Shown here piece after piece: positions 13,201 through 25,200 of a stretch of DNA of 64,000 bases. Both the position numbers and the translations under genes were made by a program. Under the pieces are notes generated by a model. That model saw nothing but the letters and a program-made list of their open reading frames with translations, was not told the origin of the DNA and made no database searches. The number at the start of each line of letters is the position of its first letter. Within the stretch, counting starts at the first letter, position 1. Source of the stretch: Isurus oxyrinchus (lineage: Eukaryota); NCBI GenBank assembly GCA_026770705.1, contig JANJGN010000009.1, positions 164,114,001 through 164,178,000 on the forward strand, read 5' to 3'.

Positions 13201-16200
13201 CTTCACTTTAATTCTTAGACTTGTAAAAACAAACGTACCCTATCTTTATGTCACTTCATGACACCTTTTTACAACCTGCATATATCCCCCTTTGAACTAA
13301 AACAACTTAATTCAAACTATTCCTGTTATTGCTTCATGTACAAATCTGTTGAAGTTCTTTTGTGTTCATTAACATATCAAAACCACTTCTTACTGTTGAC
13401 TTTTGACCCTATCCACTGATGAGGCAGTCCACGTCATGGAACCATAACCTTAAATCTGGAGATAGGCTCGTCAGGGATGTCGGGAAGCACTTCTTCACGC
13501 AAAGTATAGCGGAAATCAGGAACACTCTCCTCAAAAAAGCTCTTTCGCTCAATTGAAAATTTCAAAACTGATTGACAGATTTTATCTGGTAGCAATATTC
13601 GGGTTATGGGACCCAGGTAGGTAAATGGACAGAAGATACTGGTCAGTTGGGATTTAATTGAATTGTGGAACAGGCTGAAGGGGCTGCATGTCCGAATCCC
13701 TTTTCCATGTTCTGGAGCCCCAGTTAATTTTTCAGTGGTCTGGGCCTTGTGAGTAACAATGTGCTGTGAAACAAGCTCACAAACAGTTAGCATTTCAAAG
13801 AGACACTTTCCAATCACCAGGCAAACTGTGACCTGTGTTGTTTCAGAGTACAGTTTGTGACAGTGAAAGCAGTGAAGGCCTGCCAAACCTCACTAAAAAT
13901 GTTGGTGAAAGTGTCACTTTTCTCTGGCTAATCCCTTGATCAAAGAGGGAATTTTAATTCCCCTCCCCCATCCAGCATCGTGTTGAAGCATGATGGGATT
14001 TGCTGGATCCAGAACCTTCTCCAGCACGGCTTGTGATCCAGGAGACACACGAAAGCTTCACCCCCACCCCCAGGCAAATGTTTCATACAATTTCTCCCTC
14101 CCCATGATTGGCCAATCCTGCCCCAAGCAGCAAAGTCACCCTGACTCCCTCCTCGCTGCTGTGCTCCGAGGCAACATTCCCACCAATTTCCAAACTTTTA
14201 CCATAACGTTCCTACTTGGAAACCAGCCAAACATTCAATCAGTGTGCAAGAATTCTGGTAAGATTTTGCTGTTAAATTCAGCACAAACTCAACATTCCTG
14301 GTATTTCCAGCTTTCTCACCACCCCACACACAGTCCCCCCTCTCGTCTCCACGTACCAGGGTTGAAGTGTTCTATCGCAGCATGCAGAGAACCAGAGCCA
14401 ATCGCATTTACATTCTTATCCAAAGCCACAAAACATGTAACCGATATCTGACAACATTTTGCCCTCATTTTCCCCTTTGCTTTTCTAAGATTCTCTCCAA
14501 CTAATTCACATTCAACTCACAAACAATGAAACAGCATTGGAGGCTCACTACCAGCTACGAAGAGATATTGTTCACCATGATATTCATGTTAACATACTCT
14601 CAGTATCATAGCTGCTGTTCTGATCTGGAGACCTGATTTGTTCTGATATAATGGCTGAAAGGGTAACTCAGGCCTCTAAGAGGATGGAGAGATATGGGGA
14701 TGGATTTTTAAAAAGTATGCTATCAGGATTAGAGATGGGTGGGTGTGAAATTTGACACCGCTGGTCTCCATGCCAATTTACTGTTACAATCTCAAGCCCG
14801 AAACATTTAGAAAGCGAGCGGCTTGCAGTCAAGTGGTGGGCAGCTAACTTAGGAAATAACATTTACCAAAGGGGCCAATTAAAGACCCATTCCTGCACCC
14901 ACTGGGATTTCATTCAGCAATGATAGCAGACCACATTGCCCCTTCAGGATCATGGCCCGGCAGTTGCCGGGTTTTGAAACATAAAATAAACTTACCTGGA
15001 CTTTCCCCTTGCTGTCTCCATGCTCAGGTCAGCAACTCCCACCTCACCTGGTGAGGCCCTCTAGCATCAGGAGCCCGCCCACTGTCCCTGATTGGGTGGT
15101 GAGCCCAGTTCCAGGCTTTTGATTGGCTGGAACATTGAAAATTGTATTGGGCATGCCTAAAGAATGGTGAATGGTGTCAGGACCTGAAACTATCTCCCAT
15201 GTCCAGTTCGCAAACCCAAATTTAACATCCACCCCATAGAGTGGTAGATGTGTTGGTGAGATTCCAACATGACAGAGCCTGGCTGAGATGAAGTGCAAAG
15301 TTTGAAGAGTATTTGATTATTAAATGTTCAGTATCTGAATGTTTCTTTCTTTCCAACAGAACCCGTGTCTGTTCCTGTGCTTAGATTTTCATCACCACCA
15401 CATGTCTCATGTTCTGGTGGTTCAGTGTCCGACTCCTGTGAGTCTGTCCAGGGATCCCTTCCCATTCAGTACACATGGTATGAAAAGACCCTGTCTGAAG
15501 ATTCAAAGATCTCTGACACCAATAAACTGGATCTACATTGTCAATCCTTCAAACAGCAACATCATCAATATTACTGCACAGCCTCAAATAATCAGGGAGA
15601 AAAATCCAGTGACACTGTCACTGTTAACTTAACACTCATGAATGTAACAACGAAAAGCTGCAGTTATGTGATACAAATTGGAAACATTGGTAAGTGTTAC
15701 TTTCTACAAACAATGTGGCGAATGAATGTTTTAAATTCATGTCTATCCAAACTGGTCACTGATTCAGTTCCTTCAGTTTATCTGAGAAATTGCAACTGGC
15801 CAAATTCACTCTCTCTGGTTCCTCAAACATTCTGAACAAGGTCACTAAGTTGCATTTTTCATGAAAAATGGACAGGATCATAAAATATCCCCAAAACATG
15901 CAAAAATATTGCCGAATCTCCAACAAATCCATCGAATCAAAATAGCATTTGATTGACAGAGCTTTCATAAAGCAATTTGTCTATTTCCAGCAGATGGAAT
16001 TGTGAAATGCAACCTCCAACTGTTGTGTCCTAGTTTGGGAAGGATATCACTGATAGAATAGAGAAGAATTGAATTAAAATGAACCCTTGGATGAGAGGCT
16101 TTAGTCATGAGGAAAGTATCATCACAACTGAGGTGAATGACCAGCTGGAGGGCGTGGAAATTGTTAGAAATTTGGATAAGGTAACTCTAACTATTTCCAC

Positions 16201-19200
16201 TAGTCAGTGAGTCAACAACAAGAGAGCATTAACTTTAAAATTATCACTAAAAGGACAAAGGGAGAAATTTGGAGAATTTTATTGATGCAAACTGTTTTTA
16301 GGACATGGAATGCCCAACTGAAATAAGTTTACAAACAAATTTAATAATAGATTTTAAAAGGGAAACAAATGTATGAGGGTGTGGGAAAAGGACAATGAAA
16401 TGGAATTAAATGAGGAGATCATTCAGAGAACCAGCATTGGAGCGATGGGCTGAATTCCCTCCCCTGTGTTGTAAAAATTCCATCACTCCAGACAAAATCT
16501 CAACTTATCCTGTATAAAAAATTAACTATTCCTTCCCCATAAAACAATGACCCTGGTTCTGAAACAAGGAGGACTTTAGCCTATTTGAATGTAGCGGTTC
16601 AATTTTCTGCAGAGTGGGTGCAGCATGTTCACCGAGAAACACCAACATGGGCACAAAACAAAGAGAATCACATTTTCCCCTGAGCAGCAGGAGACAGGAA
16701 TTTACATATGCAAATATATTGACTCTGGTCATGTGGTCTCTTGCCTCAGTTGTCAGGGAAGAAGGGTGGAATTTTACACCCCCATTGCGGCAGGGACTGG
16801 GCTGTAAAATGCAGCCAGCCATTCTAAACTCCATGCACTCCAGCAGGACCATAAAATCCCACTGTCACAAGCCTCAGACCAAAGGCTGTCAGCAGCAGGT
16901 AGAAATTACACCTGTAAACTGTGTTTGTACTGGAGTTGTCAGCAGGGACTCAGTCGCACTCTGACCTTTGATGACAGTATTTTGTAGGTTCAAGTTTCCC
17001 TTAAGAGTTAAAATTCAGGCTGATACCACTGTCCAGCACTGAGGTAGTGCTATACTGGTGGTGGTGCTGCTGTGTAGATGAGGTGTTAAACTGAGGATCC
17101 ACATCCCCCTTAGGTAGATGTAAACAATTCCAGGGTATTATTCACAGAATAGGGAAGTTCTCCTGGTGTCCTTGAAGCCTTTATTCCTCAACCAATACAC
17201 ACAAATAGGGAGCAGGAGCAGGGTATTTGGTCTTTTGAGCCTGTTAATGTCACTACAAAACAGATCATCTAGTGAATGTTTTACTGATGTTTGTGGGGCT
17301 TTGTTATGTACGAATTAACTTTCACGTTTTCCGATATTAAAACTGTGGCTTTACTTCAGAAAAGTACTTCATAGGCTCTGAAGCACTTTGGGATATCTCA
17401 AGGTTGTGAAAGGTGATGAATCAACACAACTGATTTCTTACCTTTTGAAACAAACGATTTATTAAAATACATCTGAACCATATGCAAACTGGAGGGGGGG
17501 GAGGGGGAGGGAGGAGCCAGTCCCAGCAGCAAGGTGGGTCATTATTTTTAAATGGACAGAAAATCACTGGCAGGTTTGAGACATTCAGCATCAGTGGGTG
17601 AAGATTCCCATCTTTACTGCAAGCTCAGAAAACTGCCCCCAAAGGACAGAAAGTGACCATTGCCAGTATTTGGATGTGACTGTTTAATGTGTTCACATGA
17701 AATTCTTGTCAAGAAAGTGTATCTCTGATTGTAGTCCACCAACCTGAGCACTTACCTGGCCCACTTCTAACTCTGTCCCACCAACTCTCAGATATAGGAA
17801 AGAAAGTGGAATTACCAGTAAAGATAGACCACCAGGTATCAGCAAACTCTCCACTTGTGACCAGAGAGGGGTAAATTACACAGAAATCAATTCTACCAGC
17901 CAGTCTTTTCCTCAATTAATGAGGTTCCATTTGACAATGATGCTCTCTCAGTTGAATACAAGTGAAAATGAGGTGAATCTCAATGTTATTCTCTTGTTTC
18001 AACAGGACCTGAGTATTGTTACGAAGCTTGTACAACAGTATCACCAACTATCACACAACCCAGGAACGCAGTTGGGAATCCCAGAATTAGGACACATCCG
18101 CCATTTTTAAAGGGCTCTTGAATCAACCCAAGTTGGTGAAATCCAGGCCGTCACTTTGGTCTGAAGGCTGCACAAAGCACAGGGTAGAGGTCCTGGACTG
18201 AGACACCTGCCTTTATCTTGTACAGAAAGTTTTCACATGTGAGTGACATGAACATTGCTCATCAAAACAAGGAGCGATAGGCAGGGAGACATTCTTTGGA
18301 GTTTATTGACAATAATGAACAGTATGTACAAGTGATTAACACCCGTGCCCAGGACGTGAAACTACATCTCCTCAACCAGGCGGTGTCTGGCGGCACCGTC
18401 GAGACCTTCTGTGCTCGGTGGGTGACCATGGGGGGTTGGGATGCTTTATCCACCCTCTTAATCACACTTTAGTTTGATGTTGTAAGTTTCCTTTAAATCC
18501 TGTCTTTGGTTTTGCAGTGACCCTAACTTAGGGGCTGCGTTTTATTTTGTCCCTCATTTTGTTAATTTAGTTTATTTGGTTGACTTTAAAAGAGCTACAT
18601 CTTCTCAACTTTCCTAATCCTCCCGCTACATCTTGGTGCTGCACAGACATCCACAGTGGAGGTAAAGACAGTCTGCTGACTGCTATGCTCTGTCTGTGAT
18701 AACTTTGGCGGGCGTCCTCTGGAGGCCTGAGGCCTGGAGGGCCCCGGCTTCCTTTCGAGGTCCTACTGTGTGGCATTAGCACCCTCCTTGTCCTGTGGAC
18801 TTGGAGCTGTCAAGGTCACAGTAAGAGTGGAGTTACCAGGATGAATGGCCCCAGAGGGTACACATGTTGATCCTTCTCGCTATGGGTACCCAATGGCCCG
18901 TGTCTGAATTCTTGAGGAGCAGGGGTAGCTGGAGTGAGATCGAGCTGCCCGCACCCCTCTCACATACACACTGTCAGGGGCCAACTATGCATCAGCAATG
19001 GAGTTCAACCCCACAGCAGTGTAGGAACGGTGCCCTGGACCAACGTCTCCATGGCACCTGCCATCCTACCAGTGTTGACCTTGGTGCAATGACATGCCAG
19101 CGCTATCACCTCAGAGTGCAAGTGGACGGATTCCTCCATATTAACTGAAAATTTTATTTAAAAAGAGAGAAGGTCACCATCTAATCCTTTATTAACTGTG

Positions 19201-22200
19201 TTTAATTGTATGCAGTGGTAGCATTAAACAGATGTCTTCAGGTCTGGGCCTTGTACACACTGTCTCCTGGGAGTTCTGACCAGCTACCCTGCTGTCTTCA
19301 GGGAGATCTGGCCAACCATCCTGCTGTGTACTGGGAGATCTAAGCAGCTACCCCCTCACATAGGCTTCAGTATTCCGTTAAATGGATTTCTTCTCTTTCA
19401 TCTCTCTTTGTTGAAACCAGTCTGAAAAGAAATGCTTTTTTCCCAGGATTGATTAAATCAATCTTTACCTCTTAAACTTGTAAAAACAAACTTACCCTAT
19501 CTTTATGTCAATTCCTTACACCTTTTTACAACCTGCATAAAGCTCCCTTTGAACTAAAACACTCAATTCAAACTATTCCTGTTATTGCTTCATGAACTAA
19601 TCTGTTGAAGTTCTTTTTTGTTCATTAACATATCAAAACAACTTCTTACTGTTGACTTTTGACCCTACCCACTGATGAAGCAGTCCACGTCATGGAACCA
19701 TAACCTTAAATCTGGAGATAGGCTCGTCAGGGATGTCAGGAAGCACTTCTTCACGCAAAGTATAGTGGAAATCAGGAACACTCTCCTCAAAAAAGCTCTT
19801 GAACTTAAATGAAAATTTCAAAACTGAATGACAGATTTTATCTGGTAGCAATATTCGGGTTATGGGACCCAGGTAGGTAAATGGACAGAAAATACTGGTC
19901 AGTTGGGATTTAATTGAATTGTGGAACAGGCTGAAGGGGCTGCATGTCCGAATCCCTTTTCCATGTTCTGGAGCCCCAGTTAATTTTTCAGTGGTCTGGG
20001 CCTTGTGAGTAACAATGTGCTGTGAAACAAGCTCACAAACAGTTAGCATTTCAAAGAGACACTTTCCAATCACCAAGCAAACTGTGACCTGTGTTGTTTC
20101 AGAGTACAGTTTGTGACAGTGAAAGCAGTGAAGGCCTGCCAAACCTCATTAAAAATATTGGTGAAAGTGTCACTTTTCTCTGGCTAATCCCTTGACCAAA
20201 GAGGGAATTTTAATTCCCCTCCCCCATCCTGAATCCAGTTGAAGCATGATGGGATTTGCTGGATCCAGAACCTTCTCCAGCACGGCTTGTGATCCAGGAG
20301 ACACACGAAAGCTTCACCCCCACCTCCAGGCAAATGTTTTATACAATTTCTCCCTCCCCATGATTGGCCAATCCTGCCCCAAGCAGCAAAGTCACCCTGA
20401 CTCCCTCCTCGCTGCTGTGCTCCGAGGACAAATTCCCACCAATTTCTCCCATGTCCAGTTCCCAAACCCAAATTTAACATCCACTCCATAGAGTGGTAGA
20501 TGTGTTGGTGAGATTCCACCATGGCAGAGCCTGGCTGAGATGAAGTGCAAAGTTTGAAGAGTATTTGATTATTAAATGTTCAGTATCTGAATGTTTCTTT
20601 CTTTCCAACAGAACCCGTGTCTGTTCCTGTGCTTAGATTTTCATCACCAGCAAATGTCTCATGTTCTGCGGGTTCAGTGTCCGTCTCCTGTGAGTCTGTC
20701 CAGGGATCCCTTCCCATTCAGTACACATGGTATGAAAAGACCCTGTCTGAAGATTCAAAGATCTCTGACACCAAGAAACTGGATCTACATTGTCAATCCT
20801 TCAAACAGCAACATCATCAATATTACTGCACAGCCTCAAATAATCAGGGAGTAAAATCCAGTGACACTGTCACTGTTAACTCAACACTCATGAATGTAAC
20901 AACGAAAAGCTGCAGTTATGTGATACAAATTGGAAACATTGGTAAGTGTTACTTTCTACAAACAATGTGGCGAATGAATGTTTTAAATTCATGTCTATCC
21001 AAACTGGTCACTGGTTCAGTTCCTTCAGTTTATCTGAGAAATTGCAACTGGCCAAATTCACTCTCTCTGGTTCCTCAAACATTCTGAACAAGGTCACTAA
21101 GTTGCATTTTTCATGAAAAATGGACAGGATCAGAAAATATCCCCAAAACATGCAAAAATATTGCAGAATCTCCAACAAACCCATCGAATCAAAATAGCAT
21201 TTAATAGACAGAGCTTTCATAAAGCAATTTGTCTATTTCCAGCAGATGGAATTGTGAAATGCAACCTCCAACTGTTGTGTCCTAGTTTGGGAAGGATATC
21301 ACTGATAGAATAGAGAAGAATTGAATTAAAATGAACCCTTGGATGAGAGGCTTTAGTCATGAGGAAAGTATCATCACAACTGAGGTGAATGACCAGCTGG
21401 AGGACGTGGAAATTGTTAGAAATTTGGATAAGATAACTCTAACTATTTCCACTAGTCAGTGAGTCAACAACAAGAGAGCATTAACTTTAAAATTATCACT
21501 AAAAGGACAAAGGGAGAAATTTGGAGAATTTTATTGATGCAAACTGTTTTTAGGACATGGAATGCCCAACTGAAATAAGTTTACAAACAAATTTAATAAT
21601 AGATTTTAAAAGGGAAACAAATGTATGAGGGTGTGGGAAAAGGACAATGAAATGGAATTAAATGAGGAGATCATTCAGAGAACCAGCATTGGAGCGATGG
21701 GCTGAATTCCCTCCCCTGTGTTGTAAAAATTCCATCATTCCGGTCAAAATCTCAAATTATCCTGTATAAAAAATTAACTATTCCCTCCCCATAAAACAAT
21801 GACCCTGGTTCTGAAACAAGGAGGACTTTAGCCTATTTGAATGTAGCGGTTCAATTTTCTGCAGAGTGGGTGCAGCATGTTCACCGAGAAACACCAACAT
21901 GGGCACAAAACAAAGAGAATCACATTTTCACCTGAGCAGCAGGAGACAGGAATTTACATATGCAAATATATTGACTCTGGTCATGTGGTCTCTTGCCTCA
22001 GTTGTCAGGGAAGAAGGGTGGAATTTTACACCCCCATTGCGGCAGGGACTGGGCTGTAAAATGCAGCCAGCCATTCTAAACTCCATGCACTCCAGCAGGA
22101 CCATAAAATCCCACTGTCACAAGCCTCAGACCAAAGGCTGTCAGCAGCAGGTAGAAATTACCCCTGTAAACTGTGTTTGTACTGGAGTTGTCAGCAGGGA

Positions 22201-25200
22201 CTCAGTCGCACTCTGACCTTTGATGACAGTCTTTTTTAGGTTCAAGTTCCCCTTAAGAGTTAAAATTCAAGCTGATACCACTGTCCAGCACTGAGGTAGT
22301 GCTATACTGGTGGTGGTGCTGCTGTGTAGATGAGGTGTTAAACTGAGGATCCACATCCCCCTTAGGTAGATGTAAACAATTCCAGGGTATTATTCACAGA
22401 ATAGGGAAGTTCTCCTGGTGTCCTTGAAGCCTTTATTCCTCAACCAATACACACAAGTTGGGAGCAGGAGCAGGCCACTTGGTCTTTTGAGCCTGTTAAT
22501 GTCACTACAAAACAGATCATCTAGTGAATGTTTTACTGATGTTTGTGGGGCTTTGCTGTGTATGAATTAACTTCCACGTTTCCTGATATTAAAACTTTGG
22601 CTTTATTTCAAAAAAGTACTTCATAGGCTCTGAAGCACTTTGGGATATCCCAAGGTTGTGAATGGTGATGAATCAACACACATTGTTTCTTACATTTTGA
22701 AACAAACGATTCATTAAAATACATCTGAACCAATTATCTGAGTGCAAACTGGAGGGGGGTAAGGGGAGGGAGGAGCCAGTCCCAGCAGCAAGGTGGGTCA
22801 TTATAATTAAATGTTCAGAAAATCACTGGCAGGTTTGAGACATTCATGGTCAGTGGGTGAAGATTCTCATCTTTACTGCAAGCTCAGAAAACTGCCCCCA
22901 AAGGGCAGAAAGTGACCATTGCCAGTATTAGGATGTGACTGTTTAATGTGTTCACATGAAATTCATGTCAAGAAAGTGTATCTCTGGATTGTAGTCCACC
23001 AACGTGAGCCCTTAACTGGCCCACTTCTAACTCTGTCCCACCAACTCTCAGATATAGGAAAGAAAGTGGAATTACCAGTAAAGATAGGTCACCACCAGGT
23101 ATCAGCAACCTCTCCACTTGTGACCAGAGAGGGGTAAATTACACAGAAATCAATTCTACCAGCCAGGCTTTTCCTCAATTAATGAGGTTCCATTTGACAA
23201 TGATGCTCTCTCAGTTGACTACAAGTGAAAATGAGGTGAATCTGACTGTTATTCCCTTGTTTCAACAGGACCGGAGTATTTTTGTGAAGATTCTGCAACA
23301 GTATCACCAACTATACATTTGACAAGTACAGATATAATTTCCACTACCAGTCGATCCACACCTTCAGATCCCGAAAATCCTGAAAGGTACAATGTTCTCA
23401 TGGATTGGCACTGCTTCCATATGTGAGAGATACGATTGGCCAAAGGAGTGAAAGTTGTTCATTAATTTGGAAAGTAGCTCATCAGAATGGAAATGGTGGC
23501 TGGGTTTATATCATGCTGTTGTGTTAGCTTCTTAATGAGGGTGCATTTTTCTGTTGGAAAATACAAGCAAGGAGTGAGCTTTTCCATTGTGTTGCCGCTC
23601 AGATGGTGTTTTTAGCCTTATTCACCTGAATTACTTCACCGCTAAGGTAACCTCACAGTGTGTGAGGAGTTGTACTTGTCAAACTTACCTTGCTGCTGTC
23701 TACACTGACAGAGTACTTGTATTACGGCTGATGAAAAGGAAGAATTAGCGTGATATATCTGCACATCCATTGGTTTCACTAATGAGAGACATCTTGCAGC
23801 TCTGGTCCCGCTTCCATATGATTAGCCTGAGCTGTCAACAATAAGTAGCAGAAATTGTAGTCCGATGTAAACACTCAGGAACCGGGTCTTTGAAGTTACA
23901 ATGGTGATAAAGAGAAAACGCCAACTAAATGTCAAACAGAAAGAGGGACAGTTGGAAATGGACAGCAGGTATGTCCGCAGCTGTGGAGAAAATAAACACG
24001 TTCATGGTTTGGGTGCAGACACTTCTTCAGAATTCTAGTCCACACACGAAGCGAAGCAGGTCCACTCACCCCACAGATCCCAACTGAGCTGCTGAATGTT
24101 TCCAGAATCTTCTGTTTTCCATTCATATTTCTAGCACATGCAGTGCTCTTACTTTTATCCAGATTATTGTCAATGATTTAAAAAGTATTGAAAGTCTATG
24201 GTCTGAATTTTCCGCTTGGCGGGGGTGGGGCTGGGGTAGAGCGGGAGCGAGCACGGGCAGCTGTGGACCCGTTCGCCATCCACCATCGGGTTTTTGACGC
24301 CATTTTGCGCGGGCGGCCAATTTAGGCCATCCCAGCGTATTTCCCGACTCCCGAGGATAGCGGGAGTGGGCGAGCAGCGGGGGGTGTGCACAGACAACCG
24401 GGTCCAATGGTGACCCAGCGGCCTGTTTAAATGAAGGCCTGGCAGCCTGTTCCAGCTGCTCACAATGGCCAGTGCAAAGAATTTTCACTTACAATTTAGC
24501 TTAGTATTACAGTTAGACATTATGGACATGCTAAAGAAATTTGCTTCGTTTGATTTTTATCTAATGATCATGAAGTTGATAAGTAAAACTTTAGCTGATT
24601 CTTTCAGCTAAAGTCCCTTGTCTACTTTATGTTGCTGCAAAAAATTACAGTGTAAAGCGGAGAGTCATGTTTCAAAAATGAAACAGTCTCATTTCATTTA
24701 AATGGTTTGATATTTCTTCTCTTTTGCTCAGTTACATTATCTGGGATGTGATACGTTGGGTGCTCTTTACTCTCCTGGTGATTTGTGCTGTTTCAGGCAC
24801 ATGGTGTACGAGAAAATCTAAGGTGAGAGTTATGGACTGTATAAGAATCATTATGGGCAGTTTGCAATGTTATGATGTGGCAGATGATGTGTGTCAGGCA
24901 GACCAAATCCGCAAGTGAAACTTGGTCGAGCTGTCACAACGGTTTTGCAATTTATATTTATTATGAGATGCATGCACTGAATTCAGACACCATAAGTCTA
25001 CCAAACTTTTAGAGATTTAAAAAATATATCGTTAAATATATTTATTAGCAAAAGATAGATTTCAATTACATACATAAGTCTACTAATTTCTTCTATAATA
25101 ACTCGTAAAATTCCTAATTAGCCTCACTCCCAGTTACACCTCCTTTAAGGCAACTGTACAAAGAATAGATATTAGGTTTCAAGCAGATCCAGCAAATTGA

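Noticed and set aside
13434-16964. ORFs conserved in three copies (13434/19690/53987; 16614/21866/57318)
   Set aside because: Conservation reflects recent duplication of intronic repeat-derived DNA. There are no protein motifs.
24823-24918. TM ORF read-through containing YDV as a signalling tail
   Set aside because: It lies beyond a good donor (AAG|gtgaga) and runs into an LTR-like insertion, so it is intronic.
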